A stretch of DNA of 32,000 bases from Candidatus Saccharimonas aalborgensis (GCF_000392435.1 NC_021219.1:330001-362000); one strand, 5' to 3'; counted from the first letter of the stretch, positions 17,448 through 24,627 are shown. Made by a program: numbers and translations. The notes: generated by a model not told the origin, from the sequence alone.

Positions 17448-19073
17448 TCACCGTCGATGACGAAGGGTGAGTCGGACGCGCTGTACCGCACTGCCAATTT
17501 CCTGACGCCATTCCCACAGTCCATACCCAAGTGCAATGGTAGCAATACCAGCAATCGTAACCCACGTTGTCCATGCTGTGGAAATAGCCTGAATCGGCTG
17601 TACAGCAAAGGGTACCACGGGCATCTCTGTGACCTTTATTTTTCGGCATCGGTTTGTTTCAGGATTTCTTTCCCACCCTTCGTCACATGCTTGAAGTATG
17701 TCGTCGGTACTTGCAATCTTCTTACACCGGCCAGTTTCTGGATTACGGAACTGATCATCTGCGCAAGGTTTCAGCGCACTTGAAACCGTTGCGACAATCG
17801 ACCGACAACGTCCCGTCTCCTCACTACGATACTGACCGTCTCTACAGGGGGAAGGGACAGTCGCCTGGATGAGATTGCGACATCGGTTTGTCTCTGTACT
17901 GCGATACTGGTTGTCGCTACACGGTACAAGTCCGGTATCGGGTGCCGGAACATCGATCGTGACTTCCGGCGGTAGTTGGTTATTTCTCTGGGTTGGCGAT
18001 GGCATCATCGCCTTCCACATGTGGTCACTTGAGTCGATTCCCCACGAGAGACCATTGTATTTCGCGAGAGTCATATCGGGATACTGGATTACGTCATACT
18101 GCACGGTACCAAAATAATCCTCAATCCACACGTACTTCCCTGTTGCAACAAGCGAAAGTGGGTGCAGATCATCACGTAGATGTACCGTAAGAAAGTCGTG
18201 AGCATTGAGAATCAACTCATCGTCAGGAGTCATGACTGACTGTTGCCAGTTGAAGGCATTTGTGAGCGACGCCATGTCGCCATAGCTGCCAACGCGAAGC
18301 CGATACTGATTGAGGTTGAGGGGTTTATCAGAGGTGTTTTCAACTTTTATATAGTCGCCGCATCGTAGGTCTATATCGGAAGCGACGCCCGGAGCGCAAT
18401 CGACTGGGTTGGGATGTATCTCTGTAATGCTAAGCCCGCCCGCATCGCGTGGTGGCCGGTAGAGAACTGTTCCCTCAACAACAAGCGCCGATGTTTTCTT
18501 CACAAAATCAGTCGCAAAATCGCCCGTTTGCTTCAATGTTACATTGCCTCGCTGCTTGTGTTGCGCCCACAGGTAGTTGTCTTTTGGATTACTATTCCCC
18601 GCCATGGGCGGAATGTTTATTGACTGGGTGATGGTTTGCTGTCTCGATACGACAAGTGTTGAGATGTTTCCTGGCGTCGCCGTTTGGGATGTCGTAAAGG
18701 GAACTGCTCCTCTGATGAGTGTCGTATCGTACGCAAACGTAATGTAATGTCGTGACAGTAGCCAACCAGATGGCAAGCTGATTTCCCTCTGTCCTCCCAC
18801 GGAGTCAATCGTCGTTATCGTGACCGCCCCCATATCGACCGCAACGCTTGACTGGTTAAACAACTCTGCGACCTCAAGTCGATCGCCCGTCGAAAAAGCG
18901 GTTAGTATCACATCTGGTGTTGACGTTACAGCTAGTGGTGGTGTTTGGGTTACAACGCTCGGAACAGTAATCGAGGCCGTATCTATACTGGCCTCCGCAA
19001 ATGTAACACCAGGTAACATCACTACTGCACAAAGTATCACCAGCAACATGCGTGGTATATTCTTTCTCCCCAC
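17448..19073 (-). CDS. Secreted, C-terminally membrane-anchored surface protein with two lamin-tail-domain (LTD)-like modules and four CX12C repeats
   Basis: GTG 19073 is preceded by GGAGGGG and gives the signal peptide MGRKNIPRMLLVILCAVVMLPGVTFA. LTD-like segments are ILTAFSTGDRLEVAELFNQSSVAVDMG and LSITEIHPNP...GDYIKVENTSDKPLNLNQYRLRVG. The C-terminal TM helix (WTTWVTIAGIATIALGYGLWEW) is followed by a basic tail. Confidence 0.6.
   Translation of the reverse strand: MGRKNIPRMLLVILCAVVMLPGVTFAEASIDTASITVPSVVTQTPPLAVTSTPDVILTAFSTGDRLEVAELFNQSSVAVDMGAVTITTIDSVGGQREISLPSGWLLSRHYITFAYDTTLIRGAVPFTTSQTATPGNISTLVVSRQQTITQSINIPPMAGNSNPKDNYLWAQHKQRGNVTLKQTGDFATDFVKKTSALVVEGTVLYRPPRDAGGLSITEIHPNPVDCAPGVASDIDLRCGDYIKVENTSDKPLNLNQYRLRVGSYGDMASLTNAFNWQQSVMTPDDELILNAHDFLTVHLRDDLHPLSLVATGKYVWIEDYFGTVQYDVIQYPDMTLAKYNGLSWGIDSSDHMWKAMMPSPTQRNNQLPPEVTIDVPAPDTGLVPCSDNQYRSTETNRCRNLIQATVPSPCRDGQYRSEETGRCRSIVATVSSALKPCADDQFRNPETGRCKKIASTDDILQACDEGWERNPETNRCRKIKVTEMPVVPFAVQPIQAISTAWTTWVTIAGIATIALGYGLWEWRQEIGSAVQRVRLTLRHRR
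17646..17921 (-). repeat. Four tandem coding repeats C-x12-C: Cx[DE]x[QW][YFE]R[SN]xETxRC[RK]
   Basis: The copies are CSDNQYRSTETNRCRNL, CRDGQYRSEETGRCRSI, CADDQFRNPETGRCKKI and CDEGWERNPETNRCRKI, spaced about 26 aa apart just before the TM anchor. Confidence 0.8.
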
Positions 19074-19164
19074 AATACCCCTCCAACAACTAATTCTCAC
19101 TTAGGTATAGCGGAGAGGTATCGCACCATGCAACCATGAGCACGATAAAAATGTATATTTTACA

Positions 19165-19896
19165 TCAACTCTCGTCGTCAATATCTACTTGGATATCGGC
19201 ATTGGTATGAACGTTAACAACATCATCCAGCTCTTCGAGAGCGTCCAACACTTTCAGTAATTTACGTGCGATATCCGGGTCGACAATAGGCACGGTGGCA
19301 TTTGGCACATACTGCAGTTCTGCATCAAGCACTGGCAAACCACTCTGAGCTATCGTTGCTCTACTATGTGCCAAGTCTTTCATGTCAGTATAGACAAGTA
19401 TTTCGTCGTCTTCCTCAACGGCATCCTCTGCACCCGCGTCGAGCACCGTCATGAGGGCCGACTCATCGCTCGCCCCAACCCGAATTACGCCTTTTCGGGT
19501 AAACTGAAACGCAACACTGCCCGCATCAGCCATAGTGCCACCATTCTTTGTTATTGCTGTTCTGACTTCGGGGTAAGTACGGTTTTTGTTATCAGTTGCC
19601 GTTTCCACAATAATACCGACGCCACCAGGACCATAGCCCTCATAAGTGACCTCTTCAAGCGCCGCTGCGCTCTTGTCGGCAACACGATCTATCGCACGTT
19701 GGATATTGCTCATTGGCATATTGGCTGCCTTTGCCTTTTCGATAGCAAGTGCGAGCGCCGCATTCATCGTCGGGTCAACACCCGCGCGAGCAGCAATGGC
19801 AATTTGGTTACCAATACGCGTAAAAATAGCGCCGCGTTTCGCATCATTTGCTCCTTTATCGCGTTTGATTTTTGACCATTTGCTGTGACCGGACAT
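19165..19896 (-). CDS. yebC: YebC/PmpR-family DNA-binding transcriptional regulator
   Basis: MSGHSKWSKIKRDKGANDAKRGAIFTRIGNQIAIAAR is the hallmark YebC N-terminus. ATG 19896 has a GGAGAGG Shine-Dalgarno 6 nt upstream. Confidence 0.93.
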   Translation of the reverse strand: MSGHSKWSKIKRDKGANDAKRGAIFTRIGNQIAIAARAGVDPTMNAALALAIEKAKAANMPMSNIQRAIDRVADKSAAALEEVTYEGYGPGGVGIIVETATDNKNRTYPEVRTAITKNGGTMADAGSVAFQFTRKGVIRVGASDESALMTVLDAGAEDAVEEDDEILVYTDMKDLAHSRATIAQSGLPVLDAELQYVPNATVPIVDPDIARKLLKVLDALEELDDVVNVHTNADIQVDIDDES

Positions 19897-19933
19897 CGCA
19901 CCTCTCCACACTTTTTTAGTAGCTGATTTACCT

Positions 19934-19942
19934 ACTATAACA
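19934..19942 (-). promoter_or_regulatory. Extended -10 promoter TGTTATAGT for yebC
   Basis: The minus strand reads TGTTATAGT between the comEC stop (19955) and the yebC start. It would give a leader of about 30 nt containing the Shine-Dalgarno. Confidence 0.4.
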
Positions 19943-19954
19943 GATGTAGCGCTT

Positions 19955-21400
19955 CTATTCTACTACTGATGCCTTGCGTAATTGATAACCGGTACGTCTC
20001 TGCATATACCAACATCCCACAGCGATAACCGTATACCACACACCGACCAGCCACCACGATATGACTCCACTTACCTGTGCCCACGGCAATGCTGCAAAGT
20101 AATGTATAAACCAAATCATCGTGTCGAGAAGGGCCTGAGCAGGATAGCCGACGAAACTTCCTATACCAGGGACCCATGCCCCAATACCCGCAACAGCCGT
20201 CAGTAGCATGGCAAGTGGCACAAACGGCAAAATAAGCAGATTCGAGAGAGGCGCAACGACAGAGAACTGCCCAAACAGTACACCGATAATCGGTGCGGTC
20301 ATTAGCTGGGCAGCGACCGATTCGCCGACAATTTGCCGGATTGTTCCTGGTCGTTTGGTACCAAAAAAATATGCCTGCAACAGTGGCGCAACAAGCATTA
20401 CGCCGCCAAAGGCAGCAAAACTCAACTCCCAGCCGATATTCCCCCACGCATAGCTAGGGTCGATCATCACCGTAATTGCCGCCGCGATCACGAGCAGCGT
20501 GAAAGGATGAAATGTCCTCCCCACATACCACGCCCAGAGAGCAAGTAGGGATACAATGCCAGCGCGCATCATACTCGGGCTTAATCCGGCAATCCCCGCG
20601 AACCCTAGTACTAGTGCAACACCCGTCATCCCAGCAAGATATTTTGATATTTTCTCAAACAGCCTTCTGCCAAGACGCACCAATATCGTGAGATTATACC
20701 CGCTCGCAACCACAATATGTGTCAAGCCAGCAATCTTTAGCGCCTCTGCCAAATCACTAGGCAAGCTATTCTTTTGTCCAAGTAGATACCCACTTCCCAG
20801 ACTGGCCGCAGGCTCGGAAATCGTCTCGCGAATATTGGTTGCAACCGTATCTCGAACGACGAGAAATGGATCGCCTCCACTACGCCGCGACACGGTATCG
20901 AGGCGTGCATCATTTAGTGATGCTGCGAAACTACCAAATCCAGGTGTTAATTTGCCATCGACTGTTATCAAGTCACCTCGCTGAAGTGTAACGTTACCCT
21001 TTGTTGTTACCCACACATGCCCTACCAGGGCTGTATTGCCAGTCCCAAGCTCACTCAAGTGAATATTCGTCTGACCAAAATGGTTCAGCTCAACATCTTC
21101 GGCAATCACTCCACTGACTTTGATATGCTGCCCAAAGAGCGCAGTATAGGTTTCGACAACTGCTCGATCGACACTCCCCCGCCATAAACCGATCATAGCT
21201 CCGGCACCAAAGGCGATGATCACAAAGTAGCGTCGATGCTTCCACATACAAAGAGCCAACACCCCCATACCAGCCACATACCAATACCAATCTGATGCAT
21301 GAGGCCACCAAAACGCAGTGGTAGCACCAACAACCATCCCCACACACGCTGCCGTGAGATGCCAAGTCGGATGGACTGTATCGCGTAGCCGTTGAAACAT
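19955..21400 (-). CDS. comEC: DNA internalisation channel ComEC/Rec2 (N-terminal OB/DUF4131 plus competence domain; no metallo-beta-lactamase domain)
   Basis: 481 aa polytopic membrane protein. An N-terminal region (VKVSGVIAEDVEL...GDLITVDGKL) resembles the ComEC OB fold. The core has GLTHIVVASGYNLTIL and many TM helices typical of the competence domain. Confidence 0.8.
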   Translation of the reverse strand: MFQRLRDTVHPTWHLTAACVGMVVGATTAFWWPHASDWYWYVAGMGVLALCMWKHRRYFVIIAFGAGAMIGLWRGSVDRAVVETYTALFGQHIKVSGVIAEDVELNHFGQTNIHLSELGTGNTALVGHVWVTTKGNVTLQRGDLITVDGKLTPGFGSFAASLNDARLDTVSRRSGGDPFLVVRDTVATNIRETISEPAASLGSGYLLGQKNSLPSDLAEALKIAGLTHIVVASGYNLTILVRLGRRLFEKISKYLAGMTGVALVLGFAGIAGLSPSMMRAGIVSLLALWAWYVGRTFHPFTLLVIAAAITVMIDPSYAWGNIGWELSFAAFGGVMLVAPLLQAYFFGTKRPGTIRQIVGESVAAQLMTAPIIGVLFGQFSVVAPLSNLLILPFVPLAMLLTAVAGIGAWVPGIGSFVGYPAQALLDTMIWFIHYFAALPWAQVSGVISWWLVGVWYTVIAVGCWYMQRRTGYQLRKASVVE

Positions 21401-21406
21401 ACCAGT

Positions 21407-21415
21407 ATACTATCA
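21407..21415 (-). promoter_or_regulatory. Extended -10 promoter TGATAGTAT, 6 nt upstream of the comEC ATG
   Basis: The minus strand reads TGATAGTAT-ACTGGT-ATG. There is no room for a Shine-Dalgarno, which implies a leaderless comEC mRNA. Confidence 0.4.
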
Positions 21416-21476
21416 CACCACATTGGTTCGGGAGATGGCGCTGCCACTATCATTTGCTATGGCTAGCCTATACTAG

Positions 21477-21506
21477 TTGACAATCGCCTCTGTAAAATGG
21501 TATATT
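21477..21506 (+). promoter_or_regulatory. Sigma-70-type promoter for the tRNA-Lys transcription unit
   Basis: TTGACA (21477-21482), an 18-nt spacer ending in TGG, and TATATT (21501-21506). This is a consensus -35 plus an extended -10. Confidence 0.65.
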
Positions 21507-21520
21507 CTTGAAGACCACGA

Positions 21521-21573
21521 GACCCGTAGCTCAGCCCGATTGAGCAGTCGAGTACCTGCCTTTTGAAAGCAGT
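21521..21573 (+). pseudogene. tRNA-like fragment: decayed copy of the 5' two-thirds of tRNA-Lys
   Basis: GACCCGTAGCTCAGCCCGATTGAGCA aligns to GGGCCCATAGCTCAGCCGGTTAGAGCA of the downstream tRNA (about 21 of 27 positions). An 8-nt insertion follows, then CCTGCCTTTTGAAAGCAG against CCTGCCTTTTAAGCAGG. No T-arm or 3' acceptor strand follows. Confidence 0.5.
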
Positions 21574-21609
21574 CCGGGCCGCGCGCACCTTCCGTACCCC
21601 CATATATAT

Positions 21610-21686
21610 GGGCCCATAGCTCAGCCGGTTAGAGCACCTGCCTTTTAAGCAGGGTGTCGTGAGTTCAAGCCTCACTGGGCCCTCCA
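21610..21686 (+). tRNA. tRNA-Lys (anticodon UUU), CCA encoded
   Basis: Manual cloverleaf: GGGCCCA-TA-GCTC-AGCCGGTTA-GAGC-A-CCTGC-CTTTTAA-GCAGG-GTGTC-GTGAG-TTCAAGC-CTCAC-TGGGCCC-T-CCA. All stems are Watson-Crick paired and the anticodon is TTT. Confidence 0.93.
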
Positions 21687-21688
21687 TA

Positions 21689-21722
21689 GTAAAACGACCT
21701 ACGTATTTGTAGGTCGTTTTAC
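21689..21722. terminator. Bidirectional intrinsic terminator hairpin
   Basis: GTAAAACGACCTAC-GTATTT-GTAGGTCGTTTTAC forms a 14-bp perfect stem with T/A runs on both sides. It sits between tRNA-Lys (+) and the convergent membrane-protein gene (-) and overlaps that gene's stop codon. Confidence 0.75.
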
Positions 21723-22213
21723 TATTTGCCTTTAGTATTCTCGCCTCGCCCGTGATTTACTTTGTGAGAGAGTAGGATGTCGACAATGGCAAGTACCAGA
21801 CACACTGTGATAATAATTTTTTCATAGGAAATTAACTGCGTTATATACTGCTTGCTTGATTCATCGAGGACCACTGCGTTAGCAAATGCACCATACGTCA
21901 GCATAACTGCCAGGAGCGCAAATATACTACTTCCAACCACACGACGATGATGAGCGTGAACTCTCGGTGAGCGTGACATAACAAGAACTGCGGGTAATAA
22001 CGTTAATACAATTGCCACGATACTCTCCAGCGGCGGACGAATAATAATGACTCCCGCACCCGCAACAAGTGGCGTCAAGCTGTCGGTCCATAGTTTTGCC
22101 AACACTGCACCGGCGGCGAGTGTTACAGCAGCAACACCGAATCGCCGACGAAATAGATATGCGGTCATAAATATAAAGAGAAAGTAGAGAACTAGGACGA
22201 TGATGAAGCTCAT
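21722..22213 (-). CDS. Integral membrane protein, unknown function (about 5 TM helices)
   Basis: 163 aa, highly hydrophobic, with several predicted helices (FIIVLVLYFLFIFMTAYLF, VAAVTLAAGAVLAKLW, IVAIVLTLLPAVLVM, IFALLAVMLTYGAFA, IIITVCLVLAIVDILL). Downstream of rimK on the same strand. Confidence 0.6.
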   Translation of the reverse strand: MSFIIVLVLYFLFIFMTAYLFRRRFGVAAVTLAAGAVLAKLWTDSLTPLVAGAGVIIIRPPLESIVAIVLTLLPAVLVMSRSPRVHAHHRRVVGSSIFALLAVMLTYGAFANAVVLDESSKQYITQLISYEKIIITVCLVLAIVDILLSHKVNHGRGENTKGK

Positions 22214-22252
22214 GCCATCAGTATAGCACTAGCATAACCCTGAAGGCTGCCC

Positions 22253-23158
22253 TTACGCTCCTACTTTGTCTTTTTTGGGACGGCGTTTGGCATTTTGCTC
22301 GATATATTCGAGGATACGCTCAGCGACATTGCGGCCAGTAATCTGTTCTGGAGTTTTGATACTAGCACTTGAGTTGACCTCAAGAACGAGCGGACCACGC
22401 TCACTTCGCATCATATCGACGCCACAGACCGCCAGTCCCATTGACTTTGCTGCTTTCACCGCCGTTTTTCGCTCTTCGTCAGTTAACTTTACTGCCTTGC
22501 CGACACCGCCTTGATGTGTGTTGCTCCTGAAATCATCGTCAAGACTCTGGCGTTTAATGCTTGCAACGACACGCCCGCCAACCACAAGAGCACGGATATC
22601 AGTTCCGGCTGATTCTTTGACAAACTCCTGCACCAAAAAGTTTACACCCTCGACATAAAAGGCCTGCATTACGGCTTTGGCAGCTTTTTGCGTTTCAGCC
22701 AGTACCACACCATTGCCATGCGTGCCGCGAGCCACCTTGATAATCAGTGGCGCACCGCCCGCAAGCTCAACGACATCTTCAAAATTAGAGGTATCACGCG
22801 CAAAAACTGTCTTTGGAATACCAACCCCCGCCCTTGCCATAACCTGATAGGCGCGCAGTTTGTCGCGCGATCGATTGATTGCGATCGAACTCGCCGTCGT
22901 GAACGATCCTTGATTTTCAAACTGACGCAAAATTGCCGTACCGTATTTTGTGACGCTTTGGGCAATTCTCGGTATCACTGCATCATAATGATCCAGTGTC
23001 TTTCCTTCGTAACGAATAACTGGGTGGTCTTTTTCGATCGACACATAGCATTGGCTATAGGAAATAATATCGACGTCATGCCCTCGCTTCCGAGCCTCTT
23101 CAAAGAGACGCTGTGTCGAGTAGTTGGTTGGTTCATTGGACAAAATAGCAATTTTCAT
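22253..23158 (-). CDS. rimK: RimK-family ATP-grasp alpha-L-glutamate ligase
   Basis: MKIAILSNEPTNYSTQRLFEEARKRGH, PLIIKVARGTHGNGVVLAE, DIRALVVGGRVVASIKRQ...DFRSNTHQGG, and GVDMMRSERGPLVLEVNSS. Typical RimK over the full length (301 aa). Confidence 0.88.
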   Translation of the reverse strand: MKIAILSNEPTNYSTQRLFEEARKRGHDVDIISYSQCYVSIEKDHPVIRYEGKTLDHYDAVIPRIAQSVTKYGTAILRQFENQGSFTTASSIAINRSRDKLRAYQVMARAGVGIPKTVFARDTSNFEDVVELAGGAPLIIKVARGTHGNGVVLAETQKAAKAVMQAFYVEGVNFLVQEFVKESAGTDIRALVVGGRVVASIKRQSLDDDFRSNTHQGGVGKAVKLTDEERKTAVKAAKSMGLAVCGVDMMRSERGPLVLEVNSSASIKTPEQITGRNVAERILEYIEQNAKRRPKKDKVGA

Positions 23159-23586
23159 AAGTTTCGCTCCTCTTCGTCATCGGGCAATCCCTTGCCAATA
23201 CGCACATCCACAGTATACTCTCCTTCACGCAAAAAACGTCGTCCTATCAGCACCGGATACCGTAGCTTACTTCGATCAGCAAGTGTCAACCGACAGCGAC
23301 GCGTTTCACCGTTGATAGTCATCTGAGGAAAGATGACGTAGCGCAGTTGTACCCCATTGGCATTCTTTACTTCGGTCGTATCAAACTCTTGAGTGTGATG
23401 TAGTTCGCCAGTGTATCCTTTAACACTAGGGTGAAAAAGGATAAATTCCAATTCACCGTTACGGAGTTCTACCTTACTGCAGTCAATCGAGGAGCTATAG
23501 GCACCGGTGTCGACCTTTGCCGGAATGTCGTGGAGACCATAGTCAGCAAAGTCGACTCGTTCCGCTCTTCCCAATACTTTCGTCAT
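23155..23586 (-). CDS. Retropepsin-like aspartic peptidase of the RimK-associated family (PF05618 / RimB-like, historically called putative ATP-dependent zinc protease)
   Basis: 143 aa with AKVDTGAYSSSI (a DTG aspartic-protease motif in the family-typical context) and a PVLIGRRFL C-terminal motif. It has 4-nt overlaps with both flanking ATP-grasp genes. Confidence 0.7.
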   Translation of the reverse strand: MTKVLGRAERVDFADYGLHDIPAKVDTGAYSSSIDCSKVELRNGELEFILFHPSVKGYTGELHHTQEFDTTEVKNANGVQLRYVIFPQMTINGETRRCRLTLADRSKLRYPVLIGRRFLREGEYTVDVRIGKGLPDDEEERNL

Positions 23587-24566
23587 TGTTTTCTCCTCTC
23601 TCTTTTAGCGATATCGACTAAAAACGCTGCGAGAGTTTCCTGGTAATAGATCGCCTCCTCGCCCCGCGCTCGGTCAAGTGTACCCGGCAGAGCATTGACT
23701 TCAAATAATACCCATCCGTTCTCTGTCAGCCCGAAATCTGCCGAATAAAAACGCTCAGAACCCAACGATGATAGCCGTGCATCAATTTGGCGGCTGAGCT
23801 GGACTAAGGCTTCCGGTATGTTAGATCGGTCAATCAGACACGTCTCGCCACCATAGCCAATATTTGATTTGTACTCTCCGTCGGGCGGAGTTCGAACCGT
23901 TGCGATGACAGGCTCACCGTTTTTGAGCACCACGCGAAAATCATGTCTACCTGTGGCAATGCCAGGAATGCCGCGTTCTGTTTCAACATATTGCTGAACC
24001 TGCCAAGGAAAATCTTTCCCATATTTCGTCACACTAAACTCATTTTTTGGCCCTACATACACGCCAGTTCCTGAGTTGCCGTAGAGTGTCTTAACGACAA
24101 TGTGCGTACCAGGTATATCATCGAATGCTTCTTTCGACTCAGCGACTGTGTAGACAAGCCGTGATTTTGGATGGAAGTCTTCGAGTACCTGGTATGCTGC
24201 GTGTTTATCACTGCAGAGTTGACGAAATGCGAGTGTATTTACCTGGAGCAAACGATCGCCTTCGGGCACATCAAAAAAATCTTTGACATACAGCATATCA
24301 ACCTTGATACGACCACGTTTCTCAAAACGATACCCACTACCATCATGCACCTGTACCCAGTGTTTCGTAAAAACACCATTTCCTTTATACGTCGACTGAC
24401 CCATCAAAATCGCGACATAGCCGCCCAGCTCATTTATGCGGTCAATCAGTTCATGATATGCCTGTTTGTAATGAGCTGCCTTAAATACAAAAGTTTCGAT
24501 ATCGCGATGCTCACGAAAAAGCCCGATAACAGGTTGGTTATTCTGGCTCGCTGGTACTTGTTTCAT
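23583..24566 (-). CDS. Divergent ATP-grasp ligase (RimK/GshB-like fold), substrate unknown
   Basis: VVKTLYGNSGTGVYVG (Gly-rich loop), HDFRVVLKNGEPVIATVRTPPDGEYKSNIGYGG (parallels the RimK DIRALVVGGRVV...FRSNTHQGG) and YSADFGLTENGWVLFEVNALPG (Mg/ATP-site strand). ATG 24566 (MKQVPAS) is preferred over the TTG at 24590. Confidence 0.65.
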   Translation of the reverse strand: MKQVPASQNNQPVIGLFREHRDIETFVFKAAHYKQAYHELIDRINELGGYVAILMGQSTYKGNGVFTKHWVQVHDGSGYRFEKRGRIKVDMLYVKDFFDVPEGDRLLQVNTLAFRQLCSDKHAAYQVLEDFHPKSRLVYTVAESKEAFDDIPGTHIVVKTLYGNSGTGVYVGPKNEFSVTKYGKDFPWQVQQYVETERGIPGIATGRHDFRVVLKNGEPVIATVRTPPDGEYKSNIGYGGETCLIDRSNIPEALVQLSRQIDARLSSLGSERFYSADFGLTENGWVLFEVNALPGTLDRARGEEAIYYQETLAAFLVDIAKRERRKQ

Positions 24567-24598
24567 ATCGCAATAGTTTCCTGATAGCAATTTACCAA

Positions 24599-24627
24599 AT
24601 TATAGCATTTTTTCATCTATAAGTCAA
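24599..24627 (-). promoter_or_regulatory. Sigma-70 promoter of the ATP-grasp / peptidase / rimK operon
   Basis: The minus strand reads TTGACT, a 17-nt spacer ending in TGC, and TATAAT. This is a near-consensus -35 and a perfect extended -10. It gives a leader of about 26 nt containing AGGA. Confidence 0.65.

Noticed and set aside
17448-17560. C-terminus of the LTD-like protein as a sortase sorting signal (a sortase gene is at the window start)
   Set aside because: A hydrophobic helix plus a basic tail is present, but no LPXTG-like motif precedes it. It is treated as a plain TM anchor.
19935-20984. Alternative-frame and antisense ORFs of 140-170 aa within comEC (19935-20447 minus, 20556-20984 plus, and others)
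   Set aside because: They are fully nested in the comEC coding region and have Cys/Arg/Pro-rich, non-protein-like composition. The comEC frame encodes coherent TM helices.
21521-21600. A second intact tRNA (for example Phe-GAA or Lys) upstream of tRNA-Lys
   Set aside because: I could not build a cloverleaf. The anticodon stem has only 4 bp with a 9-nt loop, there is no GTTCRANYC-type T-arm, and there is no complement to the 5' acceptor strand GACCCGT.
21463-21687. 74-aa minus-strand ORF in the ORF track
   Set aside because: It lies entirely antisense to the tRNA-Lys gene, the tRNA-like fragment and their promoter. It is an artefact of an open frame across structured RNA sequence.
21401-22213. 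Possible integrative element or genomic island at the tRNA-Lys gene
   Set aside because: No integrase, no direct repeat of the tRNA 3' end and no compositional shift are visible. The partial tRNA copy is of the 5' portion and lies upstream, which is not the usual attachment-site scar. Flanking genes look chromosomal.
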